From Octopus sinensis (taxonomy: Eukaryota), in assembly GCF_006345805.1 (NCBI RefSeq), contig NC_043002.1, positions 81,220,001 through 81,284,000 on the forward strand: a DNA stretch of 64,000 nt, given 5' to 3'. Both the position numbers and the translations under genes were made by a program. Below the pieces are notes generated by a model that saw only the letters and a program-made list of their open reading frames with translations, ran no database searches and had not been told where the DNA came from. Positions 39,788 to 51,950 of the stretch are shown one piece after another (the first letter of the stretch is position 1; every line of letters starts with the position of its first letter).

Positions 39788-40739
39788 TCATCAAGCATTT
39801 TCTTCAAACATTTTCATCAAACATTTTCATCAGACATTTTCTTCAAACATTTAACAACAAACATTTTCATAAAACATTTATCATCACACATTTATCATCA
39901 AACATTTTCATCAAACATTTATCATGAAATAGTTCATCAAACATTTTCATCAAACATTCATCATCAAACATTTTCATCAAACATTTTCATCAAACATTTT
40001 CATCAAACATTTTCATCAAATATTTTAATCAAAAAATACATTAAACATTTTCATCAAACATTTTCACCACACATTTTTATCAAACATTTTCATCAAATAT
40101 TTTCATCGAACATTTTCATCAAAAATTTTCATCAGACATTTTCATCAAACATTTTCATCAAACATTTTTTTCAAACATTTATCATCAAACATTTTCCTCA
40201 AACATTTTCATCAAACATTTTTTATCGAAAATTTATCATCAAATAATTTCATCAAACATTTTCACCACACATTTTCATCAAACATTTTCATCAAATATTT
40301 TCATCGACCATTTTCATCAAACATTTTCATCAGACATTTTCATCAAGCATTTTCATCAAACATTTTTTTCAAGCATTTATCATCAAACATTTTCCTCAAA
40401 CATTTTCATCAAACATTTTTATCGAAAATTTATCATCAAATAATTTCATCAAACATTTTCATCAAACATTTTCATCAAACATTTATCATCAAACATTTTC
40501 ATCAACCATTTTCATCAAAAATTTTCATCAAACACTTTCATCAAACATTTATCAACAAACATTTATCATAAAACATTTATCATCAAACATTTTCATTAAA
40601 CATTTATCATCAAACGTTTTCATCAAACATTTTCATCAAAAATTTGTCATCAAACATTTTCATTAAACATTTATCATCAAACATTATCATCGAACATTTT
40701 CATCAAAATTTTATCATCAAACATTTATCATCAAACATT
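39788..40739. repeat. 13-bp minisatellite (TCATCAAACATTT)n
   Basis: Roughly 70 degenerate units with 13/14-bp variants; 198-bp higher-order duplication. Confidence 0.95.
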
Positions 40740-41288
40740 GGGCTCACTGTCCACGGCTACGTGACCACAGTGAGCGCTATGGCGCTTATGGCACAACACT
40801 ATTATCATTATTATTATAATTATAATTATCATTATTATTATTAATATTGTTATTACTATTACTATTAATATTTCTATTACTATTACTAAACACTATTACT
40901 AAACACTAACGGTAGGAAACAAAACTGAAAACTCATTCATACCATCAAAAGATACAACCTTCCTACCACCAAAATATTTCCATCTGAAAGAAATTTTTTT
41001 TTTTTTTGCAGCCCTAATTCGCCCGCAGACTGGGAACGAGAAACTTCGAGTTGTGACTTGCGTAGGATCAGCATTGAATTGATGTTTTCCACTCCACCTA
41101 AGAATATTCAGTACTTCGTTCTATAAATTGCAACTTAATAATGCCACAAGCTGACTGAAAGGGTGTCTCTTGACCGATTCTACGTGCAGAAAACCTAAAG
41201 TACAATTGATGAGAGCCTGACTATAATTTACTTAAATATTTTTACTCTCTGGATTTGAAGACTCTTCTCTCAGTTTGTTACCACTAAC

Positions 41289-41328
<40 letters not shown>

Positions 41329-41654
41329 CAATTTACCCACATCCATGAATGTTTTCTTTTTCTTTGTATCTAAGTAGGCGATCTGCAAGAAATAAGTTGC
41401 AACATGTGGTGTGCTGATGACGTTTATTGAAGCAAACCACGTAGATAGAGTTGTCCTATTGATCTCAATCAGAGGCTCTTTTTCTTTCGGGGAAATTCGT
41501 GATAATTGAAATTATCTCTTCCTTTCATTTGAAATAAGTGTTAAATTCCACAAGGAACTTGTTTACTCTTCCCCACGAAGGGAAAATAATTCCATTTAGT
41601 CAGGAAGTACTCTTCAGTATGATTTTTGTTATACCGTTATCTTCATGTACATAT

Positions 41655-41830
41655 TCTTTTACTCTTTTGCTGCAGCACCGCCTTTAGTCTAATAAATCAA
41701 CCCCAGGACATAGTCTTTGTAAGCCCAGTACTTATTCTATCGGTCTCTTTAGCCGAACTGACGGAAACGTAAATACACCAACATCGGTTGTCAAGCGATG
41801 GTGTGGTGAGAAACACAGACACAAACAACA
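41655..41830 (-). mobile_element. SINE family A 3' half
   Basis: CTTTTACTCTTTTGCTGCAGCACCGCC...GTACTTATTCTATCGGTCTCTTTAGCCGAAC; head not found. Confidence 0.8.
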
Positions 41831-42090
41831 AACACATACATACGTATATATACATATATATGTATATATATACGTATGTATATATATGTATGTATGTATA
41901 CAAACAACAAACACATACATAGGTATATATATACATATATATATATACACACACATATATATACATACACACACACATATATATATATATATATACACAC
42001 ACATACATATATATATACATACATACATACATATGTATACATACATACATATATATACATACATACATATATATACATACATACATATAT

Positions 42091-42177
<87 letters not shown>

Positions 42178-42179
<2 letters not shown>

Positions 42180-43726
42180 CCAGCGATCCTTCTCAAATCG
42201 TGCAAACGAGCCCTTGCAAAACCGCTACAGCTTCTTTTTCAGAGCTTTCTTGCAAGTGGTAAGCTCCCAGTCAAACTGAAAGAGGGGGTAATATGCCCTA
42301 TCCATAAGGGAGGTAGCAGAGCAGATGCTAAAAATTATAGGCCTATCTCTCTGACCTCACACATCAGCAAAGTCATGGAACGAATAGTCCGTAAGAAACT
42401 AATCATGTTCCTTGAAGAAAATGACTTACTGTCTGACACCCAGCATGGATTTCGACCAGGTAGAGGCTGTCTAACACAGCTCCTGCAACACTATGACTGG
42501 ATGTTGAAACAGCTACTAAATGGCTCAAATGTGGATGTAATATATCTCGACTTTGCAAAAGCCTTTGATAAAGTCAACCATGGTATGATCTGTCGCAAAC
42601 TGCGTGGTCTCGGTATAGGCGGGAAACTTGGAGAGTGGCTGCACAACTTCCTAAAAGACAGAAAACAGGCAGTTGTGAGCAATGGAGCCACCTCCAAGGA
42701 AACGCAAATAACAAGCGGTGTCCCACAGGGCACTGTCTTGGGGCCACTGATGTTCATAGTGGCCCTTTCAGACATGCCTTCAGTTGCTACGATGACAACC
42801 CTTGCTAGCTATGCAGATGACACAAAAGTCTCCCACGCAATACAAAACCCTGAAAATATTGCGCATCTGCAACATGAGCTGGACACAATATACAGGTGGG
42901 CTGAGGACAACAACATGCAGTTTAATGCAGGTAAGTTCCAGGCCCTGCGCTACTGGCACACAAAGGTAAATGACGTGAAGACTGGATACACTGGCCCAAG
43001 AAGAATTGCAATCCCTGAGTCAAAATCAGTGCGTGACCTGGGCATTGACATGAGCAATGATGCATCTTTCCAAATGCATATTGCTAATCTGGTGATAAAA
43101 TGCAGACGGCTTGCTGGATGGATTCTCCGAACTTTCAGAACAAGAGAGAAGGAGACACTGATGGTCCTATGGAAAACATTCGTCCTCAGCCGCTTGGACT
43201 ACTGCTCCCAACTTTGGTCACCACACAATATAAAACAAACAGCAGAACTCGAAGCAACTCAGAGAAGCTACACAAAGAAAATCGTCTCAATGCAAAATGT
43301 CAGCTACTGGGAAAGACTGAAGGTATTAAACCTCTTCTCCCTGGAGCGGAGGCGGGAGAGATATGCAATGATATACATCTGGAAAATCCTGGAGGGTCTT
43401 GTCCCAAACTTTGGCATTCAAAGTTACTCCACCGCAGAACGGGGCGCCGCTGCGTGGTGCCAAGGATTCCAACATCACCATCAAAATACAGGTCCAGATA
43501 CTGCAACAGCTTGGGTTTCAGAGGACCACAGCTCTTTAACATCCTCCCTAAATGCCTGAGAGACTTACATGGTGTGGATGTGGGTTTCTTTAAAACTAAA
43601 CTGGATCTCTTCTTGTTGGGAGTCCCAGATGAACCTACCTCACGACAGGAGACACGGATGCGGGCAGCAGCATCGAACTCCCTTGTTGATCAAGTGCCAC
43701 GTATCAGAGGTGGATTCACAAACTAG
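42178..43726 (+). pseudogene. Reverse transcriptase and C-terminus of CR1 ORF2 (frameshifted)
   Basis: ORF 41886-43559 is RT from about 42178 (the part upstream is microsatellite); the C-terminus continues in ORF 43100-43726 ([14 protein letters not shown]...SNSLVDQ). Confidence 0.9.
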
Positions 43727-43803
43727 TGTAGCTCATTCAGCGGTGGTGCCCCAGCATGGCCGCGGCCTTCGGGCTAAAACATTTTTAAGGATTTTAAGGA
43801 TTT
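42178..43803 (+). mobile_element. CR1-type LINE, 5'-truncated, inserted in (TA)n
   Basis: RT motifs [57 protein letters not shown]; one frameshift near 43427; tail (ATTTTAAGG)2. Confidence 0.93.
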
Positions 43804-43805
43804 AT

Positions 43806-43867
<62 letters not shown>

Positions 43868-43882
43868 TATATATATACATAC

Positions 43883-43917
<35 letters not shown>

Positions 43918-44020
43918 CATACATATATATATATAACTTAGAATAACTTAGAAAGGTTTTGGCCAGTATTGGCCTAGGCCATGTCTAACTTAATAGCACC
44001 ACCTGGCGAAGTCTTTCAAT

Positions 44021-45892
44021 TCAGGATTTGGGCACCAAGGCCCATTCGAGCAGAGAGTTATTGTTTGAGGAGACATATCCGGGTGTGGGTGATTTGTCCG
44101 GAACAGTTTGAAGGAATTTGTCCAAAGACTTCTTGAATTTTGTGTGGTCAGTTTCTGTTTTGACGTGTCCTGGTGTGATGTTGAAGAGAGCGGGTCCAAT
44201 TGAGGTGAAATAATTGTGCCGTATTGTTGTTATGAGATGCGATTTAGATTTTTGTTGTGGACGGATGGCACGGGGTTCAAGTCTTGGATGTATTTTGAAG
44301 GTGATACCAACATCATTTGGACAGTGTTGATGGAATATTTTCCACATCATACAGATAATGTAGCGTTCACGGCGTCGTTGGAGTGAATACAGTTTCAGCT
44401 TTTCCAGTCGACCCCAGTAGTCAAGGTCTGACATGCCATCTATCTTTTTCGTGATTGACCTTTGGGGAGCTTCAACTTTCATAATATTCCGTTTCGTGTA
44501 GGGAGACCACAGTGGACAGCAGTATTCAAGATGAGATCGGGCAAAAGGGGAGAAGAGAAGGAGTATGGTGTGGGAATCTCTCGGCTTGAAGGTTCTGAGA
44601 ATCCAGGAGCACATTCTGCGGGCTATGTCAACTTTGCTGCTTATATGTGTAGCCCAGCTTATGTTGTTGTCCACAGTTACTCCCAAGTCTCTGATGTTGT
44701 TAGACGTCATGAGAGTTTCACCAGAAGGAAGGGAGTATGGGAGCTTCAGAGCGTCCTCCCTTCCAAAGTGGATCAATTCGAATTTGTCTTCGTTTAGCAA
44801 CATGTTGTTCTTTTCCGCCCATTGGACAACAGCCAGTAGGTCTGACTGAAGGTTTATCCGGTCATCCACGCCATTGATGACCTTCTGGAGCTTGGAATCA
44901 TCAGCGAAGATTCTGATGTTACTGTATTTGATGATGTCAGTGATGTCATTAATGTACATGATGAAGAGAAGTGGGCCCAACACAGTGCCTTGTGGGACAC
45001 CACTACTGACTTTGGCTGGGCTGGATTTGACTCCTTCGACTACAACATGTTGGGTTCTGTTAGACAGGAAGCACTTGATCCACTGCAGCAGCTTTCCAGT
45101 GACACCAATATTGGACAGCTTCCTCAAAAGGATCTTATGATCAACCCTGTCAAAGGCCTTGCTGAAATCAAGGTAGATAACATCAGTGTTGGAACCCTCT
45201 CCCAAGGCTCTCAAAATGTCATCGAAGTGATGCAGTAGCTGCGTCAGGCAATCCCTTCCATTACGAAATCCATGCTGGTTGGAGTTCAGCATATTATTAC
45301 TCTCAAGGAAGTGAGTCATACGCGATCTCAGCACTCTCTCAAATACCTTAATGATATGAGAGGTGAGTGAGATCGGACAGTAATTCACGGCAAGGGATTT
45401 GTTTCCTTTTTTGAAAACTGGGACAACAGACTGGGATATAAGGTTTTCTGGTATATATCCAGCATCTAGTGAGTTCCGCCACAGATTGGCTAGAGGGGGT
45501 GCAAGTTGGTGTTGACACATCTTCAAGACACAAGCAGGGAACCTATCGGGACCTACTGCTGAATTATGCTTCATTTCCTTTATTGCTACTAAGACATCAG
45601 TAGCGCCAAAGGTTACGTCCGATAAAGTGTATTGGGGAGTAACATCACTGATACAGCCCAGATCAGCCATATCAGGATTGCTGAAAACAGAGCAGTATTG
45701 TTTCTGCAACATCTCTTCCATGGTTTTGGCATTGTCTTGAAGAGTACCATTTTCATCAATCAGAGGGCCAACAGTAGAGCCAGTAACTTTGTGTTTTTTT
45801 GCAAATGAGAAGAACACTTTGGGATTAAGTTTGATCTTCTCAATGGCCCAGGCCTCTTCAGCTCTTCTCTGACTATTGATGATAAACATCAT
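44021..45892 (-). CDS. LINE reverse transcriptase, 623-aa open frame
   Basis: [79 protein letters not shown]. Confidence 0.92.
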   Translation of the reverse strand: MMFIINSQRRAEEAWAIEKIKLNPKVFFSFAKKHKVTGSTVGPLIDENGTLQDNAKTMEEMLQKQYCSVFSNPDMADLGCISDVTPQYTLSDVTFGATDVLVAIKEMKHNSAVGPDRFPACVLKMCQHQLAPPLANLWRNSLDAGYIPENLISQSVVPVFKKGNKSLAVNYCPISLTSHIIKVFERVLRSRMTHFLESNNMLNSNQHGFRNGRDCLTQLLHHFDDILRALGEGSNTDVIYLDFSKAFDRVDHKILLRKLSNIGVTGKLLQWIKCFLSNRTQHVVVEGVKSSPAKVSSGVPQGTVLGPLLFIMYINDITDIIKYSNIRIFADDSKLQKVINGVDDRINLQSDLLAVVQWAEKNNMLLNEDKFELIHFGREDALKLPYSLPSGETLMTSNNIRDLGVTVDNNISWATHISSKVDIARRMCSWILRTFKPRDSHTILLLFSPFARSHLEYCCPLWSPYTKRNIMKVEAPQRSITKKIDGMSDLDYWGRLEKLKLYSLQRRRERYIICMMWKIFHQHCPNDVGITFKIHPRLEPRAIRPQQKSKSHLITTIRHNYFTSIGPALFNITPGHVKTETDHTKFKKSLDKFLQTVPDKSPTPGYVSSNNNSLLEWALVPKS

Positions 45893-46061
45893 GTTGTTTT
45901 GGAGGCTATGTTTTTTAATCTCTAGTGACGTGATGGCAGTCAGGTTGGTGTGCTGCTGCTGACAGTATTTCAGCTTGTTGATTTTTTTGTTAATTCTTTT
46001 AATTTTCCTGATGAGAGTTTTCTATTTCTAGGGATTCTGCACTTAGATTTGTTTGCAGATC

Positions 46062-47018
46062 TTAATGGGGTGTGTTTTGTACATATGTTCGTAATGACTG
46101 CCAGGACTTTTTGATGTTTTTGATGTTAGTGGGTGTGTATGTGTGCGTGAAGGACCAATCGACTTGTGCAAGATCATTACTGATCGCTTCCCAGTTTGCG
46201 TTGTGGAAATCCATAGTGTCAAATGGATGGACAGGAGGGATGACGTTTGTTTTGCATTTTGGCCGGTGAAATCTCAGATCACAGAGAACCATGTCATGAT
46301 CAGAGAGTAGAGTTTTCTCCACTGCAATATTGTGGATAGTGTCAGTGTGATTGCTGAAAATTAAGTCTAGGACGCTTTTGTGACATCTCGTTGGTTCGAG
46401 CACCAGTTGGGACAGGAAGAAATCATCCATGAAATCATGAAGCGATTCAACTGCCTCCCTGTCAGGGGTTGAGACAGAAGAACCTGGCGGCAGACTGTTT
46501 GTAGACCAGTCAACTCCAGGGAGATTGAAGTCCCCCATCATTAAGATTTTGTCAGATTGATACTGCTGAATGAAACACTTTATGTTATTGAGGCATTCCT
46601 TGAAGCATGGTAGGAGCGTTTGGGGTGGTCTATAGAGCCCAACTACTATTAAGTTGTTGGTTTGACTGAATACAGCGACTGCTTCGCAGTATCCATTGGA
46701 AAATATGTTCATAGCCTCTGTTGAGAAAGAGTCATGAACATAAATGGCAGTCCCACACTTTCTTCTGCCAGCACGATCAGCACGAATGGCTTTGAAATTT
46801 TTAACTTTTACCTCGGTTTCCAGGTGTAGGTTACTAAGATGGGTTTCGGTGAGGACGAAGAAAGGGATGTGGTTTGGATGGGCATCAACCCAGTCCTCCA
46901 GGAATTTTATTTTCCATTTTTGAGTATTGGTGGTAGGGCTGATGCCTTGGGCGTTAGCGAGAGTGGATGGTTTTAATTGTTTTGGTGTTTTGCTTATTTG
47001 TTTGCTTTTTAATGGCAT
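46062..47018 (-). CDS. LINE apurinic-type endonuclease domain, 318-aa open frame
   Basis: LTETHL, RADR...GTAIYV, LYRPP, MGDFNLP, LDLIFSN, SDHDMV. Confidence 0.9.
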   Translation of the reverse strand: MPLKSKQISKTPKQLKPSTLANAQGISPTTNTQKWKIKFLEDWVDAHPNHIPFFVLTETHLSNLHLETEVKVKNFKAIRADRAGRRKCGTAIYVHDSFSTEAMNIFSNGYCEAVAVFSQTNNLIVVGLYRPPQTLLPCFKECLNNIKCFIQQYQSDKILMMGDFNLPGVDWSTNSLPPGSSVSTPDREAVESLHDFMDDFFLSQLVLEPTRCHKSVLDLIFSNHTDTIHNIAVEKTLLSDHDMVLCDLRFHRPKCKTNVIPPVHPFDTMDFHNANWEAISNDLAQVDWSFTHTYTPTNIKNIKKSWQSLRTYVQNTPH

Positions 47019-47214
47019 GTGCAGTAGGGTGATAGTGGTGGATGGTGGTGGGTGATAGCTCGGATGTTTTTTTCCAGTTCTTTTGCTATATTCATTATGG
47101 CTAAAAAAGAGGAAGAAGTTTCCTGTCTAGGGAACTGTAGGTGGCTGTGGCTGTGGTTATTTTTATATGAGTGGTTATTTCTATATGAGTCGTGGTTTTT
47201 TTTTATATAATCGA

Positions 47215-47985
47215 ATAATTGTTTTAGATTAGATGGGTTTTTTTAGCATAATTCCACAAGTTCTCGATCGGATTTAGGCTCGTGCTCTGGGGAGGCCATT
47301 CGATTACGTCAATATTATGGTGATCAAACAATTCCATAACCTTTTTGGATTTGTGCACAGGACTATTGTCCTGCTGATAAATAGCCCACGGAGGCATTTG
47401 GTGAGTCAAATATGGCACATTATCCTTTATTAGATTCATAAAACCTACGCTATTTATCTTTCCATCACCTTTAACTAGAGGGCCAACACCAAAGCTACTA
47501 AATGCCGCCCACACCATCACCCCACCCCTCGCTTGCATCAGCTTTTTCACGCATTTCGGATGGAATTCCTCGGTTGGGCGACGTCTGACATGTTTTACCA
47601 TCTGATCCAAATATTCGGAAGCGTGACTCGTCACTCCAAAGGACCCTGCACCAATCTTCGGCTGTCCATTGAGCATTGCTTTTTGCGAAATTAAGACGTT
47701 TGAGTCGACTTTTTCTAATATTATTGGCTTTTTCCTAGCGATTCGTCCATGTAGTCCAAATTCTCTGAAACGGTTGCGGACGGTTTATGGTGTAAAAATA
47801 ACACCATTATCGTTGGACAATTATTTACAAATGTCAACGTCTGTCAGCATTCAGTTGCCTCCCGAAAGTCGGTGGATTCGACGGTCCGACTGCGCCATCG
47901 TTTTTCTTGGGGCGCCAGTCCTTTGCCGATCTATATATTGACCAGCCTCTGAAAATAACTTCCACGCTTGCACGCTAGCCGTTTA
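47215..47985 (-). mobile_element. Tc1-family transposase remnant
   Basis: VLWSDESRFRIFGSDG; GGVMVWAAFS; YQQDNSPVHKS; WPPQSTSLNPIENLW. TIRs not seen. Confidence 0.88.
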
Positions 47986-48042
47986 GTAGTAGTAGTAGTA
48001 GTACTACTACTACTACTACTACTATTATTATTATTATTATTA

Positions 48043-48081
<39 letters not shown>

Positions 48082-48177
48082 TAATACTATTATTATTACT
48101 ATTACTATTACTATTACTACTACGACTAATAATACTACTACTACTCCTACTACTACTACTATTAATATTATTATTAC

Positions 48178-48210
<33 letters not shown>

Positions 48211-48312
48211 CATCATTAATATTATCATTATCATTATCATTATCAACATCCTTATTATTTTTATTATTATTGTTATTGTTATTATTATTACTATTCCTAT
48301 TCCTATTACTAT

Positions 48313-48344
<32 letters not shown>

Positions 48345-48778
48345 TTATTATTAATATTATTAATATTATTATTAATATTATTACTATTATTATTAATATT
48401 ATTATTAATATTATAATTATTATCATTATTATTACTATTACTATTGCTGCTACTACTACTACTACTACTACAAATACTAATACGACTACTACTACTACTA
48501 AAACTACTATTATTATTATTATTATAATTATTATTATCATTATTATTATTAATATTATTATTATTAATATTATTATTATTAATATTACTATTACTATTAC
48601 TATTAATATTTCTATTACTATTACTATTACTACTACTACTACTACTATTATTATTGTTATTATTTATTATTATTATTATTATTATTAATATTACTATTAA
48701 TATTACTATTACTACTACTACTACTACTACAAATACTACTACTATTACTATTATTACTATTATTATTATTATTATCAC

Positions 48779-48817
<39 letters not shown>

Positions 48818-48868
48818 CATTATCATTAATATTATTATTACTATTACTATTACTATTCATCATCATCA
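47985..48868. repeat. (ATT/ACT/ATC)n microsatellite
   Basis: Directly visible. Confidence 0.95.
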
Positions 48869-49225
48869 TTGTTCGACCGTGGTCGAGACAATGGAATTTA
48901 CCATGCTACGCCAGATTTCACGGTCCATCATGGCATTACGGAGGTTCTGTTGCTGGATGCCTGTATCCCTGGAGATTACATCAGGGTAGGAGAGTGTGCG
49001 CCCTCTGGTATTGCGAGTAGATGGCTTCCAGAAGAGAAGAGTAGAAATTACTTCTTTTTCAGCTCTACAGCAATGTCCAACAAACTGGACTCTCCTACCT
49101 TTCACAAGAGATGTCACAGGTTGTAGTTTCCCATATATTTGCATTTTGGTTGGATGTCGCTTCCACGAGAGATTTTGAGCTCTCATAAGGAGGCGAGTGT
49201 AGGTTCCATCCAACCACCTCTCAAG
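48866..49225 (-). mobile_element. RTE-like LINE 3' fragment with (TGA)n tail
   Basis: DGTYTRLLMRAQNLSWKRHPT...RRVQFVGHCCR...DREIWRSMV; the tail merges into the ATC/ATT microsatellite. Confidence 0.8.
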
Positions 49226-49479
49226 ATGATGATAATTTTATAATTTTCAGTTAGGTAGATATAAAGAGGAAAATTTTAAATTAGCTTCAAGAAATTTTGA
49301 CCACATCCAGGGGCACTGAACCTTTAAGAAGCTTGATCACATAATTTATATATAATACACCGTATTCAATCTTTCTGTGTTTCCTTCGTTAAAGAATAAC
49401 ATCGACCCAATTCTATTACTTTTCGATTGGATTTGAATCCCTGATTTATGCTGATCTATGCAGCAGTTGGATCTTTTTA

Positions 49480-49691
49480 CAAGGGGGCACTAAAAACTTC
49501 CTGGCTTTAAGAGTGTCACGAACTTTCGAGTTCTTTTACAGTGTTTAGAAAAACAGAAGGACCGCTGCAATAAGTGTGCGAATCTGTGAGGGGAATATGT
49601 TTAATAAAACCACAATTAACTGATATTTCCTGTATTTTGTTTTACCCAAAATCAGGGACTTTTCAGCATCCCCTTTTCAGCACCCCCTTGT
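49480..49691 (+). mobile_element. Mariner-derived miniature element
   Basis: TA|CAAGGGGGCACTAAAAACTTCCTGGCTTT and TTTTCAGCACCCCCTTG ends; internal QKDRCNKCANL*GEY resembles a mariner C-terminus. Confidence 0.7.
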
Positions 49692-49870
49692 CATTTTATC
49701 ACTTTGCTGATTGTTCCACCGATGCGCTCCGGGTTGTTTCTCGTGTGAAACATATCCACAAGTTATCTAATCGAGTCTTGACATATGGAAACATTGTTCT
49801 CAGTATCTTAAGAGTAACCATACTTCCATCGTGTCTGGAAGCAGTCGTTTTACATAAATGTAATCTCATA

Positions 49871-51447
49871 CACTGGCCAAAATAAGTTTAAGACCGCTGA
49901 TGACAGCTCTATTCCTTCATTAATTTATTTTTAACAAAACCGTATACGATTATTTTACTTTTTATAGTTTATGTAGATTTTTTTCTCTTTCGAATGATAC
50001 AGACGTTGTATATCTTTCTACGATTTGAATAATTTTAATACGCAATTAATTCAAATGATTAAAAATTGCCGGCAAAATAAGTTTAATACTGTACCAACAT
50101 TATTCTGTTTAAATTGAAAAGTTACGGCACAAATGATCAATGAACAAAAATTTATTAGTAGTATCTAGTTCCATAGCCATTATTTTGAATTACTGCTTTA
50201 CAGCGGCGGGACATGCCAAATGAGTACAAAAATCACTTGAAATGTTCTGCCATATTTCTTCAATAAAATTATATAATTGGGACAAATGTGTTGGGTTTTT
50301 TTTTTTTAGCGGGATACGTCGCTCCAAAGAACTTTTGACCGGTGTTCGGCCGTCCATTCAATATGGCTTTTAGCAAACTTCATCCGCTTCCGCCGGTTCA
50401 GAATTATCGGCTTCTTTAGAGCGATCCGGCCGAACAGTCCAAGTTCTTTTAGGCAGTTTCTTTTAGAAACATAATTCCATAAATTTTGTATCGGATTGAA
50501 ATCCGGGCTCTGCGGAGGCGACTCAATAACCACCAGATTATTGCAAAACTTTCCTAGCCTTACGAACGGGGCAATTGTCCTGCTAGAAAATAGATCCTGA
50601 TGGCATTTAATTATTTAAATATGGCAGCACATTTTCATTTACTAATTGCAGATAGCCTACAATGTTCAGTCTACCATCAACCTTAACAACTGGACCAACA
50701 CCTAAGCTGCTGAACGCAGCCCAACCAGTAACCCCCCACCTCCGCTTCCGCCGGTTCATCTCAGAATTATCGGCTTCTTTAGAGCGATCCGGCCGAACAG
50801 TCCAAGTTCTTTTAGGCAGTTTCTAACAGTTTGTGGTGTAGAGCTGATGTCAGTTTCATCAGATTATTCCTAGCAAGTGTCCACTGCTGTTAGCATTCGA
50901 TTACCTTCAGAGAGCCTATGAATTCACCGATCCATCTGTACTGTTGTTTTTCTCGGAGAACCCGTTCTTTGCCGATTTTTGTATTGGCCAGTGGCTTGGT
51001 AAAGCTTTCATGCTTGAACACAAGCCGTTTTGCTGCATCCTAATTGCTTGCTAATGTTCATGAAGGACACATTTTGCTGATGAAGCAACACGATCTTTGA
51101 TCTAGTAACTGGGCTGATACCACGACGCTTTCCCATACCGAATTAATGTGTAACAATGCGCGATTATCAAACAAAACAGTGCAGTACGACCAACTTTACA
51201 TGACCACCCATTCGGTTTATTAATTTGCATAATCTTGGTACGGTCTTAAACTTATTTTGTCGACAATTTCTAATCGTTTGAATTAATAGGCATTAAAATT
51301 ATTCGAATTGTAGAAAGATATATAACACCTATACCATTCGAAAGAGAAACAAATTCTACGTAAAATAATTTTATACAGTTTTGTTAAAAATATATTAATG
51401 AAGGAATAGAACTGTCATCATCAGCCTTAAACTTATTTTAGTCAGTA
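49871..51447 (-). mobile_element. IR/DR-type Tc1 transposon with ~230-bp TIRs and scrambled transposase
   Basis: Long TIRs each carry two AAAATAAGTTTAA direct repeats (about 49879 and 50073; about 51246 and 51427); TA flanks; MGKRRGISPVTRSKIVLL...NGYGTRY. Confidence 0.9.
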
Positions 51448-51479
51448 TAATTTCAATACTACACTAAACAGTCAAATTC

Positions 51480-51950
51480 TTTCGTACTCTGTATGAAAAG
51501 TCTGATCCCACACGTCATCGAACAGACACTCGCCTGTCACAGGAGAACAAATCTAATATCGAGTGGCGATGCTTTTACCAATCTGGCAACGTCTATTTCT
51601 TGTAATCCCAAGCAGACTGAACACCTCTATGTCGGTTTTTCAGGGAAATATATTGTATTTCTACGAGCAACAGGCGTCTCGAATCACAAACTGCTTAGAC
51701 GATATTTGTTGGTAAGTAACAAACTAAAGAAATTAAGGGCCGAAACATTTGCCTGAATGGGGTTTCTTTTTTGAAGAACTTCGCTAACCTCTCTTGAGAG
51801 ATTCTTACCACTGCATGCGATGATTCGGTCGAATGTAGTCCAAAATTTGAACAGCAATCATCCAAACAGCGATCACTTTCTTGTCCTTCTGTAGAATTTT
51901 CGGGAGAGAATAGCCACGAATTTCACTGGAGATATCCACAAATTGATGGA
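51480..51950 (-). mobile_element. Probable piggyBac transposase C-terminal remnant
   Basis: VDISSEIRGYSL, FYRRTRK* and FPEKPT*RCSVC...FHT read across frameshifts resemble the piggyBac GVDxxDQ, RRTRKW and Cys-rich tail. Confidence 0.45.

Larger units (their letters stand above)
43935..47100 (-). mobile_element. CR1-type LINE with nearly complete ORF2 (APE endonuclease plus RT)
   Basis: Endonuclease and RT ORFs are collinear with a frame break at about 45900-46060; tail (TTCTAAGTTA)2 abuts (TA)n. Confidence 0.93.

Noticed and set aside
39788-40739. CRISPR-like array
   Set aside because: Head-to-tail 13-mers with no unique spacers, in a eukaryotic context with no cas genes.
41886-42177. N-terminal YI/HT extension of the 557-aa RT ORF
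   Set aside because: It is an upstream (TA/CATA)n tract that happens to be in frame; the LINE starts at about 42178.
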